Under the pieces are notes generated by a model. The model saw only the letters and a list, made by a program, of their open reading frames with translations, was not told where the DNA came from and did no database searches. A stretch of 63,057 nt of DNA, filler included, from Licmophora abbreviata (lineage: Eukaryota): NCBI GenBank assembly GCA_900291995.1. It is 11 parts of 11 records of this genome, joined end to end, with 100 filler letters (N's around TTAATTAATTAA, not from the genome) between each part and the next. Parts side by side here need not be neighbours in the genome. Positions count along the whole stretch, not along the records: positions 11,362 to 23,271 come from OLMU01004052.1; positions 23,372 to 29,276 come from OLMU01004054.1; 9 more parts are not named here. One strand, given 5' to 3'. Each line of letters opens with the position of its first letter. Within the stretch, counting starts at the first letter, position 1. Positions 12,520-23,743 of this stretch are shown piece after piece. Made by a program: the position numbers and the translations under genes.

Positions 12520-12999
12520 ATGACAGAAATCGCCAAGGGGGTCGTTTTTGATACGATTGCACGCGAATGGCGTTGCAAGTGGTCCGAGGACAACGACAAG
12601 GCATCGCTGGTCGCTGCTCAGGCCGCGATTGACGAAGTTGTGGAGCAGCTCAAGGCCATGGAAGGTGCCAAGGTCCAGCGCGTCGTCTGTGGAGGCTGTC
12701 ATGATTTTAAGGTGTGTGTCTTCCAAGACAATGCAAGATTGTGTGGGCTTTGTCAACGAGCACGCGCGAAACTATATAGGAAACGGCGCGTTGTACGTGT
12801 CTCTCACTGGGATGACCCTCTTGTTTCCCTTTTTTTATGCAAAATGTGCTACCAGATCATCACTGCCCTTCCCATGGACAAGTTTGGTGCCTGGGACGAG
12901 AAAGGATTTGCTCCGGAAGATGCCTTCTTGGCGAAACTCAAAGCGATTGACGGGATCTCGCAGGTCGAGACTCAGACGTACACCCTCATGCCTCTCTAG
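12520..12999 (+). CDS. Small protein of unknown function with a CGGC (CxxC) motif, about 111 aa; intron 12712-12855
   Basis: FDTIAREWRCKWS...QRVVCGGCHDFK|IIT...ETQTYTL; 144-nt GTGTGT..CCAG intron with a pyrimidine tract. Confidence 0.8.
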   Translation: MTEIAKGVVFDTIAREWRCKWSEDNDKASLVAAQAAIDEVVEQLKAMEGAKVQRVVCGGCHDFKVCVFQDNARLCGLCQRARAKLYRKRRVVRVSHWDDPLVSLFLCKMCYQIITALPMDKFGAWDEKGFAPEDAFLAKLKAIDGISQVETQTYTLMPL

Positions 13000-13238
13000 A
13001 GTAGTATAGATGGCTTAGAAGTACAGTAGTAGGAGAAGAGGATATCCAGGCTCCCTTGGCTTCGTGAAAGGGGTCCTTGATAGAGCTGCTGATACGTACA
13101 CTTGAAGAATAAGCGCATCGTTCGTGTTACATCTATGATTCTTATTCCGTTGTCTCATCCACGGTCTTGTTTTCACAAGAAGCAGTAGCTCTCACTGACA
13201 ATCTTCTGTCACAGTAGTAAAGTGAAGGCCCACAATCC

Positions 13239-14429
13239 CTACTTTTTCGGAAACAACACTTCTTCAAACTGCTTCCACAAGATGCTAAAGAGAATTCCCT
13301 GCAGTCCATTGGCCAAAATCTTCGTTTCCAACCCACGAAACATCAGTCCCTGCACTCCCGACTCGGCCAAGACACGACGCACCACCTCTGGGTAGCTCAG
13401 CTGCTCTGGATGACTCTGCTTGTAGACTTTGCACACACGAATACTGTTGCTGCACGTATCACTAATGGCACTGGAGCAGAATCCCATAATGGCGCGGCGG
13501 CCGAGTTCGCCGAGCTGCGTATCTTGTTTGGGGAGCTTTTCCGAGAGGAAGTTGTACGTGAAGAACCAGGGATAGTGTCCGACAAAGGTGGCAGATGCGG
13601 CAGCGAGAGCTCCGTTGTAGAGAGCGAATGGTCCGTTCAACTTGACCTTGTCGGCGACGGCGCTGAACTTTCCAGTCACCTGCATGGTAGTCTTTACAGT
13701 GTCGACTGAATTTCACGAGAGAGAAAGAAAACGAGGGCGGGTTAGCAATGAAACAAAACTGTGTGCACTGAATACTGAACAGTGCTTTGGAGGATGGTGC
13801 AGTCAAACATACTACAGGACAAATTTCGTCACAACAAGAGATTCTTACTGGGCATGAGAAAGATGCGAAAGCAGGCTGCTGCCATACTCGCCGTGGCCGT
13901 CTTGAGTCCGACATTGAGATCCTTGGTGGATTCGTACGAGTCCATGAGTGTCAACATGCCCGTGTTGGCTGCCGTGTCGCCAAAGCGCGAGAGAGGACCC
14001 TGGATCAGAGCAGGCAAGACGCCGCGGTAAAAGCGGGGAATGCCACCGTCTGCGTACAGAGTACGAAGGGCAGTTGGGAACGTGGTACCATTTCTGTACT
14101 GGTAGTTGATCTAGTAGTAAGTATGGAGTAGAGGAGAGTGTGAGTGGTGAGATACGCGGTACCAGTGGAGGGGAAGCAATACGAGGCGGAAGCAGCTCAA
14201 TTGTGCACCCAGTTTCCAATATTTCATAGTAGTTCATAGTTCTATCTGGAAAACTTTCACACGAAACCTCGCTTACCGTCGTCCTCATCCACATGAGACA
14301 GGCAACATTGGCTCCCATAGCTGCCGCTCCAGCGGTTCCACCTCGAACAGCGCTCTTGGCTGCCTTGTCTAGAATCTCATTGAAGGTCGGCGGTTCCTTC
14401 GCTTCACTGGGTTTTTCCGCGTCGCTCAT
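13239..14429 (-). CDS. Mitochondrial carrier (SLC25) family protein; introns 14111-14276 and 13706-13848
   Basis: Spliced product contains GGIPRFYRG, MPIDTVKTTMQ (PxDxxK) and GLMFRGL, with a three-repeat architecture. Confidence 0.85.
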
Positions 14430-14871
14430 GATCCGAAAATTGTTTAAAACTCGAACTGTATGCGTTCCGTTCCAATCGAAGTCACTCGAGCGGCAAAGAA
14501 ACGACACAAGAAAAGCACTGCTTCCACCAGAGACTGCACGGGCAAGCCTAGGACAACAACAATGCCAAAACACTCTGTGGGAATGTGTTCCAAAGGGGAC
14601 GAACAAACGTCATCGCGAGCGCACGTGCGAGCAGGAAATGGTGCGCGCGGGAACAAATGCTGACGTGGCTGGCGAGGTCTTCCACGAGCTATGGTCGAAA
14701 AGAAACCCGGATCCACTGACGCACATGCCAATCTGAAATCTGAAATCTGCTTTGCGCGATGAAAGACATGAAGACAGCGACCCAACACCATGGGCGTACG
14801 ACCGGCATCACGCATCTTGATCGATTGCATTCGTTTGTAGCCTACAGTATCCCGACAAGAGATACGCACGG

Positions 14872-16908
14872 ATGTCACACTTACGCTTCAGGTCCCAGAG
14901 AATACGAGGAGGCACGCTTTGCTTGATTCTGGCACTCCCTCAGGTTTCCTCCTTCAGCCCTCACTGTGTCACCCGACACAGCTCCTCGTCACACTCCAGT
15001 GGCGTGTCTTCACTCCACGCCAAACGCAAAAAGAATCAAAGAGACGTGGACGACTTGAACCGCTGGTACGATGCCGTTGATACTGACGCGACGCCCGACG
15101 ACGTCTTTTGGGAAGAAATGGAGCGACAACGATTGTTGAGCGGTACTGCAGACAGCGATGAGTCTGGAGAGGCGACTACCACCGAACCTACAGGTAGTGG
15201 TGGCATGCCAGTGGCCAGCACGCAGTCGTCGCCAGTACACGCGTCGTCTGCTAGCTCTCTGCCCATGGCTCCGCCCCTGCAGCGCATGTCGCCGCTTGAC
15301 AGCAAAAGCATGGAGGCGACGCTCAGTGAGTATGCTGCTTTTATGGTCAAGGACAACTGGTTGGACGAAGAACTGGCGTATTTCATGCAAGAGGAAGAAC
15401 AAGAATGGAAAGAGCAAGATCTTGAAGAACAAATGGAAGAGCTAGAGTCGGACGACAGCGCTTGGATGACGAGCGACGAGCCCTGGGATCACTGGGACGT
15501 TGACGAAAGCAAGCAAGAAGGCATGGTGGAGGGCGATGCGGAGTTTCTGCTCCAAGAGGAGGAAGACAATGGCGAAGAAGCTGCTCGTCTTGAGGCTGAG
15601 CTCTTAGAGCGTCTGTCTGTACTGAAGATTCGGAGCCGTCGATTGGATCAGGCGCGCCAGAGTTCGAAAGCCAAGGCCTTTTTCGATCGCCCTCCGGATC
15701 AAGTCGAAGGATTCGATCGCATGTGGGTCAGTGCTATCGACAATGTGTGCTTCAAGAACTTGAAGGGAGTCTTTCGCAATTACGGGGTTCAATTTGCAGA
15801 TAACTTTGGAGACTGGAAGGATGGTTCTGTGGAAGATGGACTTGCTAGCATCGAAGATGTGGCCTCCTTCAAGGCACGACAAGTGTACGATGTGACAGGC
15901 CTTCCGTGTGTTGCTTCCAGAACATCGTTTGAGGTGGAGCCGGTAGCGCTTTCAATGAATAGGAGCTCGCCCGGCAAGGCCATTACCAACGCCAACCCGC
16001 GCGTCATCTCGGGATATCGATTCAATGACGTTGGGATGCATGTTGACTATATGGTAGAAGCTCTCAAACCAGTATCAGAGCCTACCCGCGTGACGCGATA
16101 TCGGACCTGCCTCTGCTACTATGATGGAGAAATCGAACTTTACGACTATGGTGTGGCAGATATCGATATCTACTTCGCCGACTCGGTCCGGACCTTCATT
16201 CCAGTAGCCGCCGCCGTCAATCAGCTCTGCACAACACTGCAGCTCACCTTTGGTCTCGAGTACGAGAAGTGGCTGAGGAAGCGGGTCAGTGACGCTCTGG
16301 AGGGACACGGTGCAGCGAGCGTCAAGTTACGAGATCGTGTGCTGAAAGAAGGCAAAGTCTTACCGAACGACATTATTGATGTGTCGGAGTTCATGGATTC
16401 GAAGGTGGATGTCAACCTCATGGACGAGTGCGCGAAGGAGTTGGCAAATCAGTTTGTTGATCGAAAGCCGTCCAAGATCTTGACAGTAGCGACGACGGGC
16501 CTTGTAATTGCTCTGCCCATGGCCAAGTACTTGCAGGTTCCTGTCGTCTACGCGCGAAAGGAACGAAATGTTGTCATGGCGGAAACCTTCAAGGCGGGGT
16601 ATTCGAGTAAGACTGTTGGAAAGAATCGCGAATTGTTGGTGAGCAAGTCGCATCTGGAAGAGGAGGATAGGATCTTGGTTGTCGATGACTTTTTGTCGAG
16701 TGGTGCAAGTCAGGAGGCTCTAATGAGGATCATATCCGAATCGGGCGCTACGGCTGTCGGGGTTGGAGTTCTTCTAGAGAAGGCTTACGATGCAGGCCGG
16801 CAGTCTCTTTCGGGCTTCGATGTCCCTATTCGCAGTCTCTGTCGCATCGCTTCTGTCAAAGATGGCGTGATTCAGCTACAAGAGGAAGAAGGATTCGACA
16901 GAATGTGA
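14872..16908 (+). CDS. xpt: Probable plastid protein: acidic N-region + degenerate Ham1/ITPase-like domain + xanthine phosphoribosyltransferase domain
   Basis: Signal peptide LCLILALPQVSS-FSP. C-terminal Xpt-type sequence LKEGKVLPNDIIDVSEFMD..KILTV..PVVYARK and PRPP motif ILVVDDFLSSGAS. Confidence 0.8.
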   Translation: MSHLRFRSQRIRGGTLCLILALPQVSSFSPHCVTRHSSSSHSSGVSSLHAKRKKNQRDVDDLNRWYDAVDTDATPDDVFWEEMERQRLLSGTADSDESGEATTTEPTGSGGMPVASTQSSPVHASSASSLPMAPPLQRMSPLDSKSMEATLSEYAAFMVKDNWLDEELAYFMQEEEQEWKEQDLEEQMEELESDDSAWMTSDEPWDHWDVDESKQEGMVEGDAEFLLQEEEDNGEEAARLEAELLERLSVLKIRSRRLDQARQSSKAKAFFDRPPDQVEGFDRMWVSAIDNVCFKNLKGVFRNYGVQFADNFGDWKDGSVEDGLASIEDVASFKARQVYDVTGLPCVASRTSFEVEPVALSMNRSSPGKAITNANPRVISGYRFNDVGMHVDYMVEALKPVSEPTRVTRYRTCLCYYDGEIELYDYGVADIDIYFADSVRTFIPVAAAVNQLCTTLQLTFGLEYEKWLRKRVSDALEGHGAASVKLRDRVLKEGKVLPNDIIDVSEFMDSKVDVNLMDECAKELANQFVDRKPSKILTVATTGLVIALPMAKYLQVPVVYARKERNVVMAETFKAGYSSKTVGKNRELLVSKSHLEEEDRILVVDDFLSSGASQEALMRIISESGATAVGVGVLLEKAYDAGRQSLSGFDVPIRSLCRIASVKDGVIQLQEEEGFDRM

Positions 16909-16955
16909 AAGATCTTAACTAAATTGACTATTGCTGTAGCAGCGGTTCGTCTATT

Positions 16956-18209
16956 TCACTGCGAGCCCAAAGAAGCAAGTTCGTCCTTGAGGTCCGAAAA
17001 CTTTTTCGCAAGCAGGTAGCAAATTACAGCGAGCAGAACTATAGCTGCGTTCAGCATGGGATCAATAAGCCACGATGCGTTCGAACGGCCGCCTGGGGGA
17101 GCTATTTGTTCCACCTCCGCGGCGGCAGGCTCGGGTATCAGCGGCTGCTCTTCCGTCTCTCGCTGCGAGCAGCAACAAGTGTCTCACATTCTTCTTGTGG
17201 TGGTTCGGCTGGTCGAGCAACAGGCGCAACTTCAGCCTCGACCTCTTGCTCTGCAGCTGTCTCCTCGTCCAATGAAGGCGCGTCCTCCTTACCCTCCGTA
17301 TCCTCTTTCTGAACCTCCGCTTCCGCTTCGTCGCCTTTTTCACCTGCTACTTCCGCCTTCATCTGCTTGTTCTTTCCTTCCGTCGCCGCTTGCAACATGC
17401 GCAACTGCTCGATCTCTTTGGCAAATCTCGGCTGTGTCTTTCGGGAAGCTTCGCCGTCTGCTTTGGTCTTGAGTTTGGGCAATAGATCCGCGACCTTTCC
17501 ACAGCGGGGACAAGAAAAACTACGCTCTTTTGTGCCAGGCGTTTGCGTTCGCTCGAAGTCCAGTCGAGAGCTCCAATCGCCCCGTCCGCAGGCGTCGGAA
17601 GAAAACTAATGAGTGCCTCGAGAATGAGACGAATGCCCCAAGCCGGTTGCCAGAGTTCAGGGTGATAGGCGCTGAAGGAAAGACAAACTTTCGTACCCGT
17701 TTCGAATCGTCCAGAGGGAGTCAGAAAGATAATATGAGGCGGCTTGAACTGAAGAACAAGAAAAGGGCGAGAAAAACGTAAGAATCTGTCGTGCCGGGAT
17801 GGCTCCTGCGCCTTTTCATCTTACCGGATATTCAGGAGGAAGCTGCGTGGACCGACGGATGCGACGCGAGGTGAGGTGCAAAACGGGAGTCACAGTTCGT
17901 TTCTCCGATCACAATGACTTACCAGAATCCTTCCATGGTAGATTCCTCCCTCAAAGTCTGTCCCATCGGCTCCTCGAATGGTGAAATGCCTAAGAAAGTG
18001 GTTCATATAAATGGAGAAAGATTTCACACGACGCCCGGATATGAGTGTGAGCGGGCAGAGCCGGGTTTTCCTCATTTTTCGTGCTCCTTTCCCACGCACC
18101 ATTCAAACATGTCATCCTCCAGCGGAGAGGCATGGTATCGATCGGAAGGATCAAGCGCAAGTTCGCGAACGTCCGCCTGGATGCGGCGCAACGACGGTGA
18201 CTTCGACAT
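16956..18209 (-). CDS. UBE2J1: Ubiquitin-conjugating enzyme E2 J1 (Ubc6 family), tail-anchored; introns 17990-18099, 17843-17922 and 17749-17824; 1-nt frameshift near 17158
   Basis: Spliced MSKSPSLRRIQADVREL...DMFEWHFTIRG...GGIYHGRILLPPEYPFKPPHI...PSGRFE..KVCLSFSAYHPELWQPAWGIR. The TM tail MLNAAIVLLAVICYLLAKK lies in a shifted frame. Confidence 0.88.
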
Positions 18210-18414
18210 GGTTCATTCACTTCGTTGTAATGTGAAAGAGTGCGATGACCCACACGGGCGCGATTGTATATGATAGTACCAGGTAGACAAGAGTACTGCA
18301 ACCCTACACACGTGTCTATTGGTATATATCCTACGTATTTTTCCTTGAGTCCACACACTCTCGCTCGCTCGTGAGAAACAATCAAACTCACTTTCAAACT
18401 TGTTCTAAATATCG

Positions 18415-19599
18415 TCAACTCCTCATCATCACAGGTGACGAGGAGCTGATTGAATGCCGGCTATTCCTGGCCGAAACGCCACACGACAGCATCCATTCCG
18501 ACCAAGAGCTAGCCCCACAATGGTTCGCCAAGTAAGAAAGCTCTTCCCGCTTGACCGTGTCATTCAAGTTGGCGGCGGCATGAATTAGATCGCTATACGC
18601 CAACACTTCATCTGCCAAAATGCAACAAAGTTTCCTCGTCACTGATTCTGAGAAAACATCCGAGCGGTGCTTCTTGTCAACCCTTTTCGTGTTGGCCGCC
18701 TGGCCTCCCATACTTCCGAAGTTTCCGTGTCCACCGAGCCACTTTTCCAAGTCTATCAGATCTTCCCACATGTGAATCGTACGGACGACCAACACCTCCT
18801 TGCCGGGGTTTTGGCCTATGGATATATCGGAGTTCCGTCGAATGTTGGCAATCATATGTGCCGCTGATGCTGTCGAAGAATTCAGGTCGAAATTCCCTTG
18901 GAATGTGTCACTCGCGAGCTGTGTGCAGTTGATGGTCGTTTTTATGGGCGTGGTCGTTGTTGCACTCGTAGTATTCGCCCAGTCCTCTAAAGTAGGGAAG
19001 CAGTGCCTGAAGAACTGCGCCGAGAAACCATTAGGGTCCTCGTTCATCGCACGAACTAATCCACAGTTCGGAGAACGCAGCTGGCCCGTTCTCGTGCAAG
19101 AGTCTACCTTGTAGATTTCCGCATTGTACCAAGACACGGCTCGATCGAGCGGGTGACGGAGATTGTAGAGATAACTGTTGGATTCGTGGACAATGTTTCG
19201 GTGTGGGTGGTGTTGCAGGCAGTGTGATGACCCCTTGACCGCGTCGCTGAGATTACTGGGTGGAAGGCTATCCAGACAAGGCTGACGTTGCCGTGGAATT
19301 CGTGCGACACAACCAGCCCTTAGAATCGTCCTAATCGTCGTTCCTCCAGCTTTGCCAATGTGCATGAACGTTACGACCCGCTCCGATGAGTTTGGTGAGG
19401 AAGTTTCGTATAGGGAGAAGTCTTTTCCTACGGATACTGGCAGCGCTGTAGTGTTGACTGTTTCTTTCTGTGACAAAGATGAATCATGTACGACGAACTT
19501 GACAAGTGGGGAATCCGTTGTTGCGAATCGAATGAGATGAAAAGCGATTGTGCAGCCCGTGCCAGCAATCAGCAGCCATTGTATGCCGCGCCTTCCCAT
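18415..19599 (-). CDS. Type II membrane (Golgi-type) sulfotransferase family protein
   Basis: N-terminal signal anchor; 5'-PSB motif FMHIGKAGGTT and 3'-PB motif LRHPLDRAVSWY. Confidence 0.8.
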   Translation of the reverse strand: MGRRGIQWLLIAGTGCTIAFHLIRFATTDSPLVKFVVHDSSLSQKETVNTTALPVSVGKDFSLYETSSPNSSERVVTFMHIGKAGGTTIRTILRAGCVARIPRQRQPCLDSLPPSNLSDAVKGSSHCLQHHPHRNIVHESNSYLYNLRHPLDRAVSWYNAEIYKVDSCTRTGQLRSPNCGLVRAMNEDPNGFSAQFFRHCFPTLEDWANTTSATTTTPIKTTINCTQLASDTFQGNFDLNSSTASAAHMIANIRRNSDISIGQNPGKEVLVVRTIHMWEDLIDLEKWLGGHGNFGSMGGQAANTKRVDKKHRSDVFSESVTRKLCCILADEVLAYSDLIHAAANLNDTVKREELSYLANHCGASSWSEWMLSCGVSARNSRHSISSSSPVMMRS

Positions 19600-20054
19600 G
19601 CTTGGCCCTAACAGCGTTGTTTCACTGCCATGGCCTTCGGTATCATATCATATTAGAACAATATGACATGTCGAATGTAGTATCCGATGCGTTGAATGTT
19701 GAGTGCATTTTCCATGGTGAAGCTTGGCAGTCATTCTGAATCCTATAAAACCTAAAAATGCTTATGCCGTAGAACGTCCTATCAGATGGCTACCGAGAGT
19801 AAATCCAAATCAGAATATGTTATTAAGTGATTACTATAAATGTATATACTGTCGGCTCGGGGTTCCGATAATTTCCGTTCGTATCATTAGTCGGGTATAG
19901 GGGTTTATAGATAAAACCGTATGTGAACGGAGCGCATCGTCGCCCACAATGTTCGAATGTCTGTTTGTTGTATGCTCGTTGCTCGTTGCTGTCTCTCATC
20001 GTCGTGAAGAGCTGAACTGCCCCGCACCAAGAAAGAGAGAGAGAGAGAAAGACC

Positions 20055-20741
20055 ATGGGGCAGGTATTACAGAAGCTTCTTGATATATTCTACACCAAGA
20101 AGCTCGACATCGTGGTGATTGGGCTGGAAAACAGGTATGATACAGTCTGCTTGCTTTCTGCGTGCTGCCGATGATGAAATTGGGAAAAGCGAGAAATTGA
20201 GCTCGATTGACACAGAAACATATTCATGAAACTTACTTCTTGCGTCATTGAACTCGCCCTATGTTGCTTCTTTTTCAAAAAATACAGTGGCAAGACAACG
20301 CTACTGTCTGTTCTGGCCCATGGACAGCCCGTCGAGACGGTCCCGACCATTGGTCTGAACGTCAAAGTCTTTAAGAAAGGACAGGTCAACATGAAATGCT
20401 GGGATATCGGAGGACAGGAACAGTATCGCAGCGAATGGAGTCGTTATACCAAGGGGTGCGATGTAGTCTTGTATGTCGTGGACGCGGCAGCTCCTCAAAA
20501 GATGGATCAGGCGAGAAAGGAACTGCACAAGCTGCTGGATGACGGCAGCATTGGGACGACCCCCTTGTTGGTGCTCGCCAACAAGATCGATATCCTTCCG
20601 CATGTGGGTGAGGCTGAACTCATTGAGCGGCTTCAATTGAATTATGTTTTGGACACTCCTTGGATTGTTTTGCCGATTTCGGCTCTCCAATGTACCAATA
20701 TTGACCAGGTAATTGAGTGGCTGACGGCACAAGGAAAGTGA
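20055..20741 (+). CDS. ARL8: ARF-like small GTPase, ARL8-like; intron 20135-20287
   Basis: MGQVLQKLL...GLENSGKTT (P-loop after splicing), PTIG, WDIGGQ, NKID, ISA. Confidence 0.88.
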
Positions 20742-20859
20742 ATAGAGTACAGAGTACGAATCAGTGCGGGTCTGTCTAAACCATAAGTATTCATGAGAAG
20801 CAGGTAGTCAATATGAGTGTCGATGTTTCTCTACATGTAATGGTGTGTGAGAACTGCCC

Positions 20860-23076
20860 CTACAGGAACCATGGGGCCTGTTCCTCAAGACTTAGTTGAG
20901 AAAGGGATGCTGTTTTCCCAATAACAAACTCCCGCGGGCGCTTATCGTCAATAAGAGCCACACGACAATCTAGTCGCACATGGCGAACAGGCCGCCCATC
21001 GACGGTCAAGACGCAATCTTCATCCGCTTCAACCTCGTCGCAGTATTCCAAAGATATGTCTTCCTGTTGCGAGAAAACCTTGATTTTACTTTCCGGACCA
21101 CACGCGGCCTGGACGGCCCGCCCGGCTAGCATCGACTGCCAAAATCTGCCTCCCACGGCATCGACTGCAAGGTGGGCTGAGACCCACTGAAAAGCACCGT
21201 CCAAGATTGCCTTGGGACCGCGATTCCCCCAGCATCCTGCCCTCCATACGATCGAGTGGTATCCGTTTCGTTTCCCCAAATGTTTGACTACTTCAATCAC
21301 TTCCTCCCCATTTATTGTTTCCACAATGACCCCCTGATCCGTCAACTTGCGCTTGAGCTCCTGTGCTGCTGCCAATTCCTTCTGAATAAACTTGGTCGCG
21401 GCAGCTGCCGCCTCCTGGCACTCGAGAGCTGCTTCCGCAGCAATCGCCGCATCGCCACTCTCCACTGCTTCCACCGCCGCCTTTGCTGCTTCGGCTGCAG
21501 ACTTGGCCGCGGCTGCAGCCGACAACGCGGCCGCCTGCGCCTGCACATTCTCACCCTTGCGCAGCAGAATTCTTGTTGGCTTGCGATTCTCGCCCTTCCA
21601 GAAGGTTTCCACGTCCATCCCACGGGGAACACTGGGGTGGTCGTTGGTGAGGGGCAAATCCTTCAAATCAGTCGCGTCCATTACCAAGATGCGTTCCACA
21701 TTGGCTGGGAGGTCTTCACCGATTGTTGCAAGCCACTTGAGACCGTTAATTCGAGGGTTTGAGTTGGCAGGACCAGTGTCGGCGCGGGGAAACGTGGCGA
21801 CAACAGCATCGCACTGCTCATACCAGGGCATCATTGGACTCGTTCCCAGACGTTCTTGGAGCTCTTCTTCTTCAAAATCCATGTCCATCAAGTTGTCAAT
21901 GTCAATGTCGTCCTCCATGTCGTCACCATCGTCTGTCGCCCAGACGAATTCCGGTGGAGGCGCCATCTCGTAGGCACCAAAGTCACGAAAGGATAGAGTC
22001 TTGCCTCCGAATGACTTTCCAAAGGCGTTTCCATGACGTGCAAAGGCCTCGACATCATCGCTATCCACCAAACTACAGTGAAGGAACCCGAGTGGCCTTC
22101 CGAATCGGCGACAATGATTACGAGCCATGGTCTGCAGCTTACTGTTGGCAAGCTCCGCATACTCTTCAATCAATTCCTCGCATTCTTCTTGCTTCACTCC
22201 TATACTGACACTAATACCCGAAGCATGCAAGGCCGCCGCTCCTTCCGTGGCACGTTCCGGTACGGGATCGGCACATCCAATCACAACACGACGAATTGGC
22301 GTCTGGTGAATCAACTGCGTCATGGATGGCAGAGCCTCGCCCTGACGCTCCGCAGAAGGTTCCAGGGTCACATACAAGGTGGAGTGTGCCAGATCTTCTC
22401 GCAGTTTTCGATTCGGGGGCCACGTGACGCACCACTCACGAAGCGGGGTGGCGACCAAGCCGGCGTCCGTGATGGCAGCCAGGACGCAATCCTGACGATA
22501 ATCCGAGCGACCCTGACCAAGCACCCTACCGTCCTGTGCAACAATCACAGCTCCAGCCGCAGGTTTCGGAAAAGGCGAACCGCCTCTGTGCATTCAACAA
22601 AATAGGAGCAAGGACGATAGGTTTGAGATACTCTTGAAAGCATTGAGACATCAAGAAGGGTGAATCATTTGTGCGCACACATACCCTGACTGAGCTAGTT
22701 CGATTGCCACGTTCATCTGTTCTTGGTCAAACAAAGCCTCGTGATCTTCCTCCTCGTCATCATCTGCCAGTACTACAAGCTGGTCGATCTCTTCGACGGC
22801 GATATCATCTTCTGGTACACCCTCTTGGACTTCGTTTAGAATCTCCTGTCCTTCCGAGGCACCGTGTGCAGCTTCCTCCACCAGCGAGCCAATGTTCAAT
22901 TCTTCTTTTTCTTGATGCTGCGGCCTGTGGCGTGCGAAGAGTGGACCGGCGCCGCTGCTCCTGATGACTGCCGATGGTGCACGAAACGGCGTTGCCCATG
23001 GCATTGAAACAAAGGCATCGCCACGCGGGAGCCAGCAGCATATTGCCGCCACCAACAGAACGTCTCTAAGAGCCAT
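20860..23076 (-). CDS. Plastid-targeted RibD-like (deaminase/reductase fold) protein with degenerate active sites; intron 22586-22684
   Basis: Signal peptide + GDA-F. RibD-like GAVIV..DGRVLGQG, TLYVTLEP, IRRVVIGCADP and G..ALHASGISV; reductase-like CDAVV and GYHSIVWRAG. Confidence 0.75.
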
Positions 23077-23271
23077 CGTTCGATGTATAGGTCACGCTGT
23101 CTTGCAAAGCTAGTAGTAGAATCAATCAAACGGTTTCTCGACCATCAGTGATGTCTGTCTGTTGCTTGCGTGTTGGGATGTTCTGAGCGAAAGGATATCA
23201 TACTACGAGTATCATAGGAGCCACACGCAAATGCTGCCACGTGGAATCGTCGGTGCGTCGAACGTTGACGG

Positions 23272-23371
23272 NNNNNNNNNNNNNNNNNNNNNNNNNNNNN
23301 NNNNNNNNNNNNNNNTTAATTAATTAANNNNNNNNNNNNNNNNNNNNNNNNNNNNNNNNNNNNNNNNNNNN
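23272..23371. other. Assembly linker/gap
   Basis: N44-TTAATTAATTAA-N44. Confidence 0.98.
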
Positions 23372-23743
23372 TCGTACCGTGGTACGCAGAGGTAGCGTTC
23401 GCATTCGCCGAATGCTTTGTTGGGCGCGGAAGCAGAACCCGTTTTAAATTTTGGCGTCTGTCCCTCTGTTCAAAGACGTCGAAGTTCCCGAAGTTGAAGC
23501 AGTCCAGCAGCTGCTACCAAATATGCATATATTCGCGTATGAATATAATACTCTCATTACGACTTCTTCAGGTCTGAAAAGTCAATACAAGAATGGCATC
23601 CGACGGAACAAGCAAGGTCTGGAGGAAGGGCAACAAAGGAATGCTTTCCTGTTTTCGTTTGCCCTCACAACAACGACGAGACTGGCACTTGTTTGACTCT
23701 CCATACTACGAAGAACGACAAAAGACCAAAAGAAAGAATCAGG

